Assembly: GCF_009914755.1 (NCBI RefSeq)
Contig: NC_060927.1
Source: the human T2T-CHM13v2.0 reference genome, Homo sapiens
Direction: 5' to 3' (one strand)
Length of the DNA: 64,000 nucleotides
The notes under the pieces: generated by a model
The model's database searches: none
What the model was told of the DNA's origin: nothing
The model's input: the letters and a program-made list of their open reading frames with translations, nothing else
In this document: in pieces, positions 13,211-30,829 of the stretch
Layout of the letters: every line of letters starts with the position of its first letter
How positions within the stretch are numbered: position 1 is the first letter of the stretch
Translations under genes and position numbers: made by a program

Positions 13211-15929
13211 ACCAAGCATACATCAGTGGTTCAGAGGTGGTGGCCCCTGAGGTGGTGACTCTAGGAGAAGTGAAGGAGTCCCAGAGGGTTCATGTGTGGA
13301 GCCAGGTTCACTCACTAGGGAGAGGCCCAAGGCCCCCAGAACCAACAGGGCAGGAGAGGATCCTAGAAGCTGCAAGAGAGACGTGAAATGCCAAAGCCAT
13401 GATGTTTATGCTGTGAGGGAACCAGGCAACCTACCGGTTTGCATGAGGCCCCCAACCCAGGGCAGCTGTAGCCTATTAGTGCTGGGTTCAGTGGAGGCAG
13501 AATTCAGGTGTAAACTCCACCCTTAACCCACCCCACACCCTGGGGATTCATGTTTTCCCGCCCTACTAGAACTTTGGGCTTCGGATCAGCGCCTAGTGGG
13601 TAGCTTTGAACTTCCCTGCCAGCCCACTGGCCACATGCTGTGCGAGTTGAGTTGCATTGCCTGTATTTTTCTGGCATTGCCCACTCTGCTCTCCCTCTTC
13701 CCCAGGCTCAGCTACACACAGCTCCATGCCCTCCGGGCTGACTCAGTCCTGCATTGTTCCCACACACATACGCATACCCACAACCTGGGCTGTTCTTTCT
13801 AACTTCAGTGGGGTTGAATCTGGTTTCCCCAACTAAGCCTGGGGACACTCCAGCACTGAGGGTAGATACTTAGGGAAATTGAGAGAAAACCCATGAGCTG
13901 TCTTCTAGAGGCAGGGGCATAGCTTTGCTGACCTTGTCAGGACCCAATCCCAAATATGTGAAGGATCACTAAGCTCTGCCCTTGCTGGGTGAGCGTCTCC
14001 AGACTCCTGACTCACCCCTGGGGCATGCATTTCTGGCCCAGGAGTCAACTCCCCAATAACTCAGTCCCTCCCTCCAGAAAGCCTGCCTTGACCTCCCTGA
14101 AGTGAAGCTCCTACTGCATGCCCCTCATCAGGACCAAGAGAGAAATTCTGCCTCTGCCTAGCTCCACCTGTTCACTCCCACCAACCAGACAACTCCTGAT
14201 CGATAGGAATCTTGACTCCACTACACCAAATCCCCTCTAGTTCCCTGCAGATGCTAAATTGTCTCCACCTCCTGGCCTTTGCAGGCTTTCTGTCTGGAAA
14301 GCCCTTTCACTCCCTCATTGCTCTAGTTAATGTTCAAGTTCAAGCCTCAGCTCTGAGCAGCCCTGTGGGCCCACCAGACAGCTCTTCAAACCACTCCTTC
14401 CTGCCAGGTCCAGTGTTGCCAGGTGCCCACAGCTGCTCACAGAGCTCAGGCTCTGCCCTGGGACTCCCCAGCTGATGAGCTGCAGGCCAGAGAAGCAAGA
14501 GGGGAACAGCCGAGGCCTTCAGGGAGACTGAGTGCCTCCCCACCACCTGTCCCCTCCCTTCTCACCCAACCTCCAGCCCTTTCTGCAGCTTGACTGCTGG
14601 AGCTAAGGCCCCAGCAAGGCCCCATAGGGCCAGCATCACTACCTCAGTCACGCTGGCCACACCCTCTGTCAAGCTTTGGCTTGGCAGTGGGCCTAGCAAT
14701 GTCCCATGCAGCTCTCTCTGCCAGGCTTCTTCCAGCCCGTGGAGGGGTCCCTTCTCCCCACCTCCCCTTCCCCTGGCTCCTGATGCTGATGCCTAAGTGA
14801 TTTGTCCCGCTCTGAGCCTCAGAGTCCTTATCCAACCAATGGGCACACAGCCCCTCCCTAACTAACTCCTGGGCCGGTGCTAGGATCCACTGTGAGTCAG
14901 ATGAGGAAGTGGGCTGGGGAGGAAGAGGCAGAAGGCAGCCCTCAGCGGGCTAGCTGGTCAGAAGCATGTAAGCTGCTCTGGCCTGGCCTTAACCTGGGGC
15001 CTCTGGGAGCTGGGCCAGCTGTCTGTGCACCCATGCAGGTACAGGATGTCTGCAGCAGCTGCCAGGGGCTTCCAGATGCCCCAGGTTTGGCCCCTGAGAC
15101 ATTTTCTCCCTAGCTCTGGGATAGCCTTATCCTGAGGCCCTACGTATTCTGGCAGAGAGTGGGGGTGGGGGAGGAGGCCCTTGCAATCTTACAGGACAGA
15201 CCATCAGGCTGTTTCACAGCACCTGCCTAATACCCTGGTCTCTCCTCCATTTCTCCTCTGGCACCTAGAACCAAGTCACCCTGAGCCAGCGCCAGAGTTC
15301 CTGCCCACTCGTGAGTAGGACAACATACCCAGGAGATACTGCTGCAGCTGGACATGGACTTGTATGTAAACACAAGCGCACATATGTGGGGAGGGGTGTG
15401 GAATATCAGGATGGGGGCAACATGAGAGTGACCCAGGATGGGCAGTAGTGAGCTTGGGGTAGGAGGAGGGGATGTCCACAGAGGCCTCTCCTCTACAATG
15501 GTGGCCCAGTCACCATCCAGACCTTGCCAGGTCTAGTGCCCCGTGGTCCCCACCCTGCTGCCTGCTCAGCCTGGCAGCCTTCCTTTACAGCCTCCTGCCA
15601 ACAGAGCCAGCCCCCTGCCCCCACGGGTGTCCATGCCAGAGCAGCATTCCGCAAGCCTGGCTGCATCTCCCCAGCAGAGGCTGAGCAAGGGGGCCACTCA
15701 GCAGTGGTCAGGTCACACGGCTAGAGGGGCACAGTGGGGCCTGGGCCTCTGGTCCCTACTCCTCTGGTCCCTCTGTCTCCTGGCCCTGGGCCAGTCACCT
15801 TAGATGATTTGATCGCTGCGGTTGTAGTCCTGGGATTTAAATCTCCTGCCCTGGGTGGCCCTATGCAGCATGAGGCCGCCAGGTAGGTATGGGTCCACTG
15901 GAGCCAAGTCCTGGAGGCACAGAGCAAAA

Positions 15930-17170
15930 TGAGCCCTGCGCCGCCCTGGGATAGGGATGGGGGACTGGACCAGTTGGGGACCCCAGACTCACCCCCAGGT
16001 CAGAGCAGCCCAGGCGAGAGGGTGGGGGTGGTGAGCGCGGCTGGGGTGCGGGGTTCAGTCCCTCAGCGTGGGATCCCTCAGGGGAGCGGGTGGAAGCCTT
16101 TTCTGTTCGGATCCGGGGCCCGGCGCGCTCAGCTTCCTGATTTCACGGCAGCTTCCTATCCTGGCTCCCCCTCCGTGGCGCAACCGGAGGGCAGCGATGT
16201 TTGACTCCCGGACGAACTTCCCGGCAGAAAGGAGGCTCAGCACGGGAGGGTGGGGCCGGGGTCTATCTGCTCGGATATGAGCAGTGGGGACGGGCTGGGG
16301 GCTGGAGCTGGGGCTGGGGGTGGAGGGCAGCCTGCGGCAGGGCGGGCTGCACGGGGACCGCGCACACCACGCGTGTCCGCGCCCCCCGCCGGCACGCAGG
16401 CGGCCTGGCCCTTTAAGCGTCCAGACGGCGGCCCCAGCTGACGCGCGGGCTCCAATCGGCGCCCCGCGCCCCCCGCCCGCCGCGCCCGAGGCTCTGGGGC
16501 CGCAGCTGCTTGGCGCTGGACTCGCCGCGGCCCTGCGCCTCCGCCTGCCTGGCCGCGCCCCCGGGGGCCATGGTCGCGGGGCCCTGCGCGGGGGCGGCCC
16601 CCAGCGCGGCGCTTCATGGAGCGGCCCTGGCCTGGCCGCCGGGGGCAGCGCGATCCCGCGGGGCCCTGTGAGCCCCCAGCGCCACGGCACCATGGTACGC
16701 AGGGCCCTGCCTGTCCCCCCGCTTATCCGCCCACCTGCCAGCTCTGACCTCCCAGGCACACGGCCCGCGGGCCCGGGTGGAGGGGCTGGAGGGATCTTCC
16801 CCCCTCCCCCGGTCTCCCGGCTCCATCTGCTGGGTCCCGCGGGCCGGGAATGCGGCGCTGTGGCGCTGCTCTCGGTGGGGAGGGGGTTAAATTCCTGTGG
16901 TGGGGGCGCCGGCGCGCGAGGCTGAGGTCTTGCTAGGCACCGGCGAAGGGGGGCGCTCCCCTGCGCCCGGACGGCGCCGCCCTCGGGCTGGGTAATGGGG
17001 GGAAGAGGGAGTCGGATTCCCGCCTGGGCCTTGGGCCACGTGGGCGCTGGAGCCGCCCTGCCTGGGGATTCGGGATGACCCGGGCCAAGGGGGTGTGGGA
17101 GGACACCCAGAGCTCCCGTACCAACTCCTGTGTGACCTTGGGCAGATCCCCCGCCCTCTCTGGGTCTATT
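15930..17170. promoter_or_regulatory. ZBTB47: CpG island, ZBTB47 promoter
   Basis: Very high GC and CpG density. Contains GC boxes, CTTTAAG at 16411, CAGCTG/TGACGC at 16435-16444, CCAAT at 16452 and G-runs at 16286-16328. Confidence 0.88.
16692..16694 (+). CDS. ZBTB47: Candidate ZBTB47 start codon forming the last 3 nt of a CpG-island first exon
   Basis: GGCACCATG|gtacgc has A at -3 and is directly followed by a GT donor. Splicing to 20274 is in frame. Confidence 0.6.
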
Positions 17171-20132
17171 TCCAAGGGAAAGAGGGGAGGTAAGTGCACA
17201 GAGGAGGCTGGCATGGACACTCCCTCACCAAAAGGAGGAGCCTAGAGGTCATGAGCCTGTGCCCCCTTGCTCAGTCTGGGCCCCCCCACTGCTGCCCAGC
17301 ATAGAAAGAATTGACATGGGAGGGGGGCGCAGATGGACTCCCCAGGTTTCATCATGGGGCCTTCCAGGGAGGCTCTGAGGCAGGGTAGAGAGATGAGGCT
17401 TCTCATCAGTGAGGCAAGGTACCCCTCAGGTGTAGAAGGCTCTGACTTGGGTGAGCAGCCTGGAGAGATGTCTGGCACCTGGCCAATCCCCAGCCTGACT
17501 TGGGGCAAGGGTTTGAGGGCATGAAACCCCCTGGCAACCAGAGTGCCTGACCACCTCCCTGGTCCTGCATCTTAGCTAGGCTGGAGTGACCTGGACTGCA
17601 GCTGGCACAGCCGGATGGGGAGGGGCACGCATTGCTTCCGGGAACCAGCACATCTGGCTGTGGAGGCCAGCACAGCTGGTGGGCATTGTGTGGGAGGGGC
17701 CAGACATGGGGGTGGCTGAACCCTGCTGAGGGGCTGCCAATTGTGGACTCGGGCAGCATCTCTGTGCCCAGTCAAGAGAGTCCAATCAGGTCATGAGGTT
17801 TAGGGCCCCCCAAGGGCCAAGGATGGTGCTGCCTTGGCTGAGAGTACTACCTTAGCAATGGAGTGTTTGAGAAAGCACTCCCCTCCTTTCCTGCTGAGAG
17901 GCCAGAGGGCCAAAGTCAGGCCTCATTTGGCCTAGAGGCCAAAGTGCACATGGGAAGGTTGCCCTTTCCCTGTGGCAGGTGGGCACAGGTGGGCAGTGGA
18001 GGGCATTCCATAAAGGGAGAGCAGAGAGATCTGGGGCTCTGTTGCCTGGGGTGGACTTCCCCCAACAGGCCTGGCTTCAGCAAACCCTTATCCAAGCCAC
18101 TTCTCCTGCCAGTCTTTGGCCCCTGGAGGCCCTAAGGAGCCCCTGTTGCAACCCAAGTTGTACCCTGATCCTTCACTGACCTGCAGGTGCAGTGGCTCTA
18201 GGGAGGAGGGAGCAGGTAGAGGGGATAGTGGTGAGTGTGGGGAAGCACGGCTGGTCTCCAGGTGGCGGGATGTTCTCGCTTTTTAAGTCATTAAAGGCTC
18301 AGAAATCCAGCCATGTGGGGTCTAGCAAGGAAGGGGTGGTCTTAGCGGAGCTGGGAGTCCAGGGGCTCTGGACTGTGGAACCCTCTCATTCTGAGCCTCG
18401 GTTTCTCCATCTGTGTAGTAGGGGTTGGTCCCAGAAGATGAATCAGAATGAGTCAGAGGAGGGAGATGGGAGGGGCTTGGTGCCACGTCCCAGTTAGATT
18501 GGCCAGGCCTGGACAGCCTGGGACAGAGGGAGATGGATGGCTTCTTGGCTGGGGTAAGGGGTGTAGTGGAGAACTCAAGGAAGATGGTAGCCTTGGCCAG
18601 GGGCCTGGCCAGACTGGGATGTGAGGGAACACAGGATGGCTGCTGCCCTGGCTGCTGGGTGTAGGGGGCAGGGTCCAGGGCAGGCCTGGAGACAGGTGGC
18701 CCCTGGTGGCTCAGGGAGGCTCCTGCTGAGGCCCACGGTAGGTTTCTCATTCAGGTGACTGAGAAGTGGAGCTCAACCACCACCACCCCTGCCCAATCCC
18801 AGCCTACCCACTGCTCTCCTGGCGATGGAAGGCCTGGCATGGGGAAGGGGGGCGGTAGGCTGTGGATGGATGGGGCCAGGATTCATCCCAGGGTCCCCAG
18901 GGAGGCACTGACAGCTATGGAGCTGATGGTTTTGTGGCCATCAAAATATTGTGGCAAGGTACCTCCCGAATGCAGGAGGCTCAGACCTGGTTGGGCAGGC
19001 CCTGAGGAGAGCCAGAACTTGGAACCAGTGGTGCTGGTCCAGCTGGGCTGGTGGTTGGTGGATATTAACAACATCTGCACATCACTGTGTGATGGTTCTC
19101 GTGCAGGGACTGGGCAGGCTGCCTGTCTGTGCTGCCCACCTTTTGGGGAGGCTGCTGTGGTAGAGCCGGGGTGACTGAGTTGGCTTCTATTCCAGGCAAT
19201 TCACAGGTGCTGGATGTGGCCCACAGGCCTGATAGTCTGACCCATCAGACATTGAGGGCCTCCGCTAGGGCTCTGGAAGCCCCAGATGGTGTGGCCTCTA
19301 AGGCAGGGCTTTCCCAGAGCCTGTGGACATGGACCGTACCTGACCTGGGGTCTGGGGGTCTACCGGGAAAAGGATCTGGGGCAGGCCTTGGGGGCCTCCT
19401 GCCTGCAAGCATGGTAGGCAGGTTCCACAGCTGTGTCCTTCCACCCCTGCAGAGCCCCTGAGTGAGAGAGAGCTGCTGGGGGCTAGGCCTGAGGCTGCAG
19501 GCAGGGGTTGGGGGCAGCCTGGCCCAAGCCCTGGCTGTGATGAGGAGACCTCACCAGGCAGTGCAGCAGGACCAGAGTGGGGAGAAGGTATAGGCCCTGA
19601 GCCTGGATTTCTTCACAGGTTTCAACTTCTGCAGCAGCCACATGGCTGTTGCGATGAGGGGTTCCCTCAGGTGCTACCCCTTGGATTCTGTAGCCAGAGA
19701 CTGGGCAGTGAGCAGTGAGCCCGGCTTCTGTTCTTGAGGTGTTTGGGGCTGGGCAAGCTTGCTTTTATTGGTATGTGTGAGTGAATATGTGGAGAGAATC
19801 CACGGGGCTGAGGAAATGCTGAAGGAATGCCTGTGGCCCTCCTGGGGTGACCACCTGGTCCCGGTGTGCCTGCGATGGTCCTGGTTCTAGCACTGAAAGC
19901 CCTGCACCCCAGAAAATGCCCAGGTCCCTGGCAAACCTGGATGGTTGGTCACTGTGGTCTCTCTTTCATCCCCTTTCCTTCCCTTTCCCTTCCTGGGATG
20001 ACTTTTCCCATTTCCCAGGAGATGACCCAGAGGCCCAGAAAGTGACAGGACCTGATCTTCAGCCTCAGAGGGTCACGAGTGGAGCCTGAGCTCTGAGGCA
20101 GCTCACTCAGGCTTGAATCCCTTCCTTGCTAG

Positions 20133-21875
<1,743 letters not shown>

Positions 21876-23420
21876 TAGGCCATAACTGGGCTCTGGGCAC
21901 CTAGTGTCTTGCTGACTGCATTACCTAGGTGGTCTGCGGAGACCAGACTTAGCCCCCAGACAGGCTGGCCCAGGCCCAGTTCTCAGGGTGGTTAGAGCTC
22001 AGGGGTAACATCAAGCCGAGCTTCCTGGGAGAGGTGGATAGAGTTGGGCGCATGAAGAGATGTGCAGAGGATTGGAACAAACAGTACCCTTGGCCAGAGG
22101 GACAAAGGGGACACATGGACTTGGGAGGATGAGAGTGGAGAGTTGTCTGAGCAGACAAGGCCAGAAGACAGGCCACTCTGGGTGGGATGAGTCAGACGGG
22201 GTTTTAACAAACACGGGGGCTGTAGGAAGGCCAGCAGGGCCACTGTGTATAGTTTCACAGGTTGTGCACTGCAGCAAGTGAGCACACGATGGGAGGAGGG
22301 GTTTGCCCAGAGGGATGCCATCCTCCACTTCCCACAAAAGTGCTGTATGGAGGAGGGGGCAGCCCAGCAGGAGGCAGCCCCCACTTTCAGCTCTTTGGGG
22401 ATGCCAGCTCCCATGGGCCTGGGAAAAAGGGATTGGGTGAGAAATTTGGGAAGAGCAGAGGCTGCTGGGGTAAGCAGGGGAGCTGAGCTGGCTGCTGGGC
22501 CTTGAGCCAGCCTGAGTCTGTTTGTGCCAGCCTCACTTCTCAGGGTGGGGTGGCACAGGGCCAGCCAGGCTCCCACGGGTGGTTTTCACCTCTTCTGGCC
22601 CAGGAGAAGGGGGAAAGGTAGCAGGTAGGTGGGTGCTAATTGCCTGCGCTAATTGCTAATTGCAGTGCCCTGTGGAGAAAGTGTTACCCGGGGGTCACCT
22701 GCTATCCTGCCCCACCCTTGTGTACCTGTGCCCACTTGCCCGCCTGCTGGGCTGCCCTTTGATGCTCTAACTGCTGCGCACCTGAGTCTCCCTCCTGAAG
22801 GAAAAAGAAGCTTCTGCCCCATCCAACCTGAGTACCCTGACCAATTTCTGCCCAAGCCTTGGCCTAGCCTCCATCCCTGTGGGGTGTCCTGCATAGATGG
22901 GCAGGACAAGGGTCCAGGAGAACAAATGGGGGGATATGGTCCCCAAGATCCCCCACCACTCTCTGTGCCTGATGGGACCTTGAGCCTCCTGCTGTCCTCC
23001 TCAGCCAACGCCTCTGGGACTCATCCTCTTGGCGATATTCATGGTGTCATGGCACAGGTCCCAGCAGGAGGAGGCAGCAGTGATAATGGCTCACTCTGTG
23101 GGACCTGTTATCTCTGCGTGTAGCCTCCATACCAGAGGGCGCCCTTCAGCTAGTTGTCTGCCTTACCTCTATAGACAGACAAAGGGTGATGCCTTTGGAA
23201 GCCCTTGTTGAAATGAGCCCAGAGTGGGGAATTTCCTGGAAGAGGTGACCCCTGACCCTAGTTAACTCAAGGATGAAGGAGGACACCAGGCTGTGTGTTT
23301 GGGGGTGTTTAAGGAGTTTTCATCCCCAACCTTAGAAACATCAGAGCTGGCTGGCTGTTGGCATCAAGGGCTCTCCAGCATATTTCAAGTGGGAAAACTG
23401 AGGCCAGACGGGGGCAGTAG

Positions 23421-23666
<246 letters not shown>

Positions 23667-24892
23667 TAGAGATGGACCAGCTTCTGGCTGGTGGATGGGA
23701 AAGACTTCACATCCAAGGGCAATGTGAAGGGGTGAGGAGGCCCCTCTCAGCTAGGAGGCCTGGGGAGGTTGGTTCCAGTGGCAGGTGTAGCCTGGACAGG
23801 CTCTGGGGCCAGGGCTGGCATGTACAGTTGGGCAGGCTGCACATTGCACAAGGGTGCCTGGACAAGATGGCAGGTGGGAACCGGAATCAAGCTGGCACAC
23901 TGCTAACCAGGCTGTGCATCCTGGCACGGGCTCGTGTCCACCCAGGGAAAAGAATACCTTTTCCTAATTATACAAAGTGCTGTATGGGCTGGTACAGGCC
24001 CTGTGTCAGTTTGATGACAGCTGTGCCTCTGATTCTTTCTTACCTTCTGGTCCTCATAGGGCTTCAGGCCTCTCTGAATGCAGCCTCCCCTCAGGGTTCA
24101 TGCCTGGACACAGTAAGGAGGTCCCCCAATTGTGTGTTTTGGCCACGCCACTGCCCCAGGCAAGGCTGCCCACCTGCTGTATGTGGGCCTGGCAGAGCCT
24201 CATGTCCCTACAGCCCTGCCTTCCTTGCCCGCTCCAAGTCTGGGCCTTGAGGGGGAGGGGTAGCCAAGGCAGACAGTGAGCCCCTGGCCAGGTCCTAATC
24301 CCTTTCTCCATGAGACAGTGCTGGGGGCCCTCCAGCATGAACTGACTGGAAGCTGGGACCCTGCGGCCTAGGTCTCAGCCAGGAGCATGCTGGGTAAACC
24401 AGGACTGGTGTCTGTGAGCTTGAAGGTGAGCCTTCTGTCTCCAGTGGCCACCTACCAGATCCTTGAAGAGTTTGTTAGTCCTCACCCATCCGTGGGTGCT
24501 GGGAGGAGTGCAGCTAACTTCCTCCAGACTGCTGGCTAGGGCCTGAGACCAGGGCCTTTCTGCATATGTCCCCTCTAAAGCCCACCACCCCTGAAGCTCA
24601 GGACCACTATGAGTCCCTTTTTATAGGAGAGGAAGCGGAGGTCCAGAGAGACTGAGTGGGAAGCCAGTGGTCGGGCCGGGATTTGAGCTGAAGCCAGGTC
24701 CACCCAGGGTCCTTCCATCCTTCCCTGAAGCTTTGGGGGCAAGGCAGCCTTGGCCACTTCCCTTGACCAGAGGCTAAAGAACCACAGAGCCCCAGCATGT
24801 CTGAGGCAGACCTTCAGAGCAGATAGGAGACCCAGCCATGGAGGCAGGGGGCCTCTCCTGGGAATCAGCACAGGTCCTGGGACAGAGTATAA

Positions 24893-25228
<336 letters not shown>

Positions 25229-25693
25229 TAGTGTCCAGAAAGAGAGAGCCCTGCCCTCTGAGGTCTGCAGCCCCTGCCTCCCACTCCCACCCAGCCCCTA
25301 CTCTTCTCTGGCCCACTCCCATCCTGCCCTTCCTTCCCCAACCCAGCCCCACACACTCAGGGTGGGAAGTGTGTGTGGGCTACAGCCCTAGGAGCAGGCT
25401 TTCTGGGGAGGCAGATTCAGGAGCATCCCAGGCCTGGAGCTCAGATGAGACAACAGAGCTGCAGGTGGGGAGGTGGGGGCAGGGGCTGGGCGTCTGATCA
25501 GGAGGAAGGATGAGGGACCTCGTGCCTTAAGCATGGGGCTCCCTCTACTCTCTGGCTTTTTCCCACTTCCGACCCCCATTCCCCACCTAAGCCTTGGGTG
25601 CTTGTGGCCTCTCCTCTTGTGCCCATGTACTGCCCACCCAGATGCACCTCGGCTTGCCCTCATGTCCCCATCTCCTTGCCCAGGAGCCCCTGA

Positions 25694-26830
<1,137 letters not shown>

Positions 26831-28126
26831 TGAAGCCTTTACTTTTTTTTTTTTTTGGAAGTGAAGGAAAAAGAAACTATTTACAGCACTCCCCTCCAGG
26901 TGAGGGGGGTGCTGGGGGTCTGCAGCAGAAAGAAAGGGGCCTGGGCAGCAGGTGTGGCCAGTCCCTCTGCCAAGGCCTGTGCCAGAGGGGTTGGCCAGTT
27001 GGAGCCTGGGTCAGCCTCAGCAGCCTATCCCCATGTCCTCTATGCCCCTAATTTGCTTCCTCATCTTGGAGGGTTTGGGGAGAAGTTGGCGTGCCACCCC
27101 CACAACCCCTGAGGAGGTGTAGACCCAGTCTGAGAGCCGCAAGCACTGAGGCAGGGCCTGAGACTGGACCTGGGTGAGCGTGGGGGGTGGAGGGTGGCGA
27201 GGTGCGGAGACTGCAGACCAGTGCTTCACTGTGTGGAGTGGGGCAGGCAGGGGCTGGACCCCAGGGACTTGCCTTCCCCACCCACTCTGCTGCCAGCAGG
27301 CCCAGGGATCCCTGACCTGCACCAGGTGGCACCAAGGGTCCTGAGTCCTGGAGATGTCCCCAGAAGCTGCTGTGCCTCACAGCGCTGTGAGCCAGACCCT
27401 CCTTGGGCAGACAGGCTGACTGGCAGCACCAGCTTTGGGGGCAGAGTCCTAGGATGAGGCTTGGGCAGTGCTGGTAGGGTTTCAAGGTGCTATTAGTGGG
27501 GCAGGGGCAGGGCGGCTGCTCACAGAGCACCCCAGTTCCTCACCAGCTACTCTGGCCATATATCCCACACCAGAAGGAACAAGTGTGGCTGTGTCCATCT
27601 CTGCTCCCCCAAAGGCCCGCTCTAGGCCTTATCCTCCCTCTAGGTCCTGCCACAACCTGTCCCTGGCTGGCTCCAGCGTCCTCGTCCCTCCTGGGCCTGT
27701 GCACCGGTGGGTGGGGCGCCCATAGCACTGCCGGTAAAGGAGCCTGCATGTTCAGGCCCCTCGGGGGATTGGGGGGACTGGGGAGGCACAGCCTAGACCC
27801 AATTGCTTGCCCCCATGAGGCTAGCACTAATAGGAAACCCTTTTTTGTTGTCATTTAATGTCTTTATTCCTGCCTTTAATATGGGGAGGAAGGTTCCATA
27901 AGCTACATGTTTCCTAGTTAAGCTCTTTCCTATTGTGTTTATACAGTTTTGTTTGTTATACTCTTTGCACCTTAAACCCCCACCACTCCCCGACACTATT
28001 GCCTTCCCAGCATGGCTGGAGTGGGAAGAGGCTTGGGCCCCGGGGGAATGGTTAGGGGGACTGAACCCCTCTGACCTTATGAGGCCCATGGCACTGGGGC
28101 AGGGAGCTGGGGACATTTTAATCATC

Positions 28127-28132
28127 AATAAA
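28127..28132 (+). terminator. Proximal ZBTB47 polyadenylation signal AATAAA
   Basis: Canonical hexamer at the end of an AU-rich UTR block. Confidence 0.6.
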
Positions 28133-29557
28133 CGAAGCACTTTATTCTGTACAGATTTGGGCAGGCCCAAGGTGCCCGAGTGATCTGAGGATTTATAATC
28201 CAAGCCACACCACCCTGGTTGTTCTCTGGGCTTGGAGGGTACAGTGCCAGCAGCTTCCTTGCCCAATTGATGTTGGAGCTGTAGACGTACGCTCAGGCGC
28301 TCCTGCTGTCCTGGGGGAGAGAAGGTTCGCCCCTCCCCGAGGAAGAAGGCTTCTGGTCAGGACCCCCACCCCAAGGCTGGGGACTCCAGGCTCCTGCTTT
28401 ACTGTAGCTCTTTTTCTTCCTTGCACTCCTTGATCTTTGGGCTTCCGTGATGTCCTCAGGGTCCCCCCCTCCCTGTTGCTATTTTTAATCTCTAGTCCCA
28501 GTGCCTGGCAGCTCTTTGGAGCTGGCTCACATTTTCCCAAAAAAAGTTGATCTCTCCCAGTGGGCTGTAGGCAGGGTCCTCCATGGGTTTCCAACCCCCA
28601 TCACTGGCACCAGGATCTCCCACAGGCACTGGTGGTGTCATCACCTGCTGGCCCCACTACAGCCTGAGTAGGCCTGAGTGGCCGTGGCCAGGCTGAGACC
28701 TGTCAGGCCATACTGACAAGCAGAGGTCAGAGACACTGGTGGGGAGCTGGCAATGAAACCCTGTCCTGGGACATGGGTTTCATGTTCTTGTACACTTCCC
28801 CTCTGGGATCAGGTGAGGGGTCCAGACAGCTGACCAGACAGCTTGACAGCTGGTCAAGACGGTCACGGGAGCTCTAGGTGGGCACAACCAACCCCTCTCC
28901 TGGGAGGCCCCTGCCCCACTGGGGATAGGAGCCTGTGTCCCTGGTGCTAAGCACTCTCTTCACTTGGGCCATTGTTGGTGGGGGCTCCTTTCCGGCCAGA
29001 CCACAAGGCCAGAAGCAATAATGGCACCTCAGCAGTTCCAGTATGGATAGGGGTTCCTGTTTTACTAGCTTTTACATCTTTTTATTTAAAACAAAACAAC
29101 ACAAAAAAACAATGTGCCCCCAGATGTCAGAATGAGGCGACTAGGGCACCATACTCACTTTCCAGGGCTGGGGGAAGGGGGACGCAGGATCATCCCCTCC
29201 CAAGGAGATCTGTGGGGGTCCCACCGTCCATCTGGACTTCTCAGCCTGTTTGGCTAGAACTCAGGCCTGGAGTCTGGGTCTGCCCCCTCCCCGGCTCCTT
29301 GGGGCTCTCTGGTCTCAGGCCAGCTGGCGATGGGTGGCTAGAGTGATGAACTCAAGCCCTGTGGCCACAGTTCTGGGAGCCTTCAACCCTGGCTCATGCT
29401 GCCATAGTCTCCACGGTGCCCTTCACAGAGGGCTTGGTAGTGGCAGAATGGCCATGCCCAGGTGTGTGTTGAGACCATTGACAACTGCTCGTGTACAGGC
29501 ACCCCACAGCCCCAGAGCATGGGGCACAGCAGGCATGCGAGTGAGAGGATGAAGGGG

Positions 29558-29563
29558 AATAAA
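29558..29563 (+). terminator. Distal ZBTB47 polyadenylation signal AATAAA
   Basis: Canonical hexamer followed by GTGT and a pyrimidine-rich downstream element. Confidence 0.65.
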
Positions 29564-30829
29564 GTCAGTACAACTCGTGTCCCTTGGCCCAGCCTCTTCT
29601 TTGCACTTGGCCTGCCTTGACTCTTGGACCAGAGCAAGGGGCTGGGCTTTGGGGACCACCCAGAGTCAGGAGATGAGGCAAGGGCAGCGGTGGGGGATGG
29701 GGGATGGGCAAATAGGTGGGTCTTGGGTCAGATGCAGAGGGGCATGAAAGAGGAGAAGTCCTGAAGGCAATGGCCACAAGAGGCCAGGGCCTGTGCAGGT
29801 GTGGTTTCCCATGAGCACCAGGCATGGAGCCACAGTAGCTCTGGGACAGCAGGGACCGGTGCTCCCACTTATGTGCTGAGCCCTGGGGATGCTGTGATGA
29901 GCAGTATGGACTCATTCCTCCCTCGGCAGGCAGGGGAGGTCAGAAGGGGCCAGATAACAGAGATGCTGACTCAGGCACCCGGGAAGACAAAAGCTCAGAT
30001 GGAAGACAGGTGGTAGCCTCCAGAGGAGCAGATGGCTCTCCCTGGGGAACTCAGAATTGTTTCATGGCACAAGTAGTATATACAGAGAGCACTCACTCCA
30101 TGCCAAATGGAATTCTAGGCCCCGGGGACACGTGCAGAATGAGCCTCCTTGTGGCACTTAACTCTGTATATGTAGAAAAGGGTCAGACAGGACTGGGAGG
30201 GACTGGGAGAGAAGTCTCATGGGTGGATTTGTTGACTGGCCAGAAAGGAGGTGCAGGTTCCTAGGATGTTGGCACTGCCTTTCTGCACAGTCCTGCTATG
30301 AATGGAAGAAACACAGGCTTGCTCAAGAGACCCTGAAACAAGGCTGGCTGACAGGCCTGGGGGCCTGGCTGCTCCCCCAACTCTTGTGCAGATTCCACTC
30401 ATCTCTGTGTTTCCACTCTGTTGACCTCCTCCTATATCAGGTTGCATGACACCTCTTTTTCCTCCAGCCCTCCCCCCACCTCCCTCATTCTCACAGCATT
30501 TCCACCTTCACACTCCAGAGTCTTGGACACTGTCATCCTAGGCTCTGGGGCAGAGGCCTCTGGGTGGCTGTGGGATGGTGGGCACCACGATTGGTGTCTC
30601 TGGAGCACTCACTTTCCCTGATCTTGCTCTTTGGGACCAAGCAGCTCACTAACATCTCATGTCCTGAAGCATGCATAGGTCAGAGCAGCACTGCCTTGCT
30701 GGGGAAGGCCGGACTTTCCTTCTTTCTAAAGGATCAATGAGGGGAGGTGAGGCACCCTGGCTTAGTGGTGCTTTTGGGCCTACCTACCCCCTGATTATGT
30801 AGCTTTCTAGAACCAGGACTGGTGAATAA

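Noticed and set aside
16055-16925. 213-234-aa ORFs in the CpG island
   Set aside because: Stop-poor GC-rich sequence with Gly/Ala/Pro/Arg composition and no recognisable domain.
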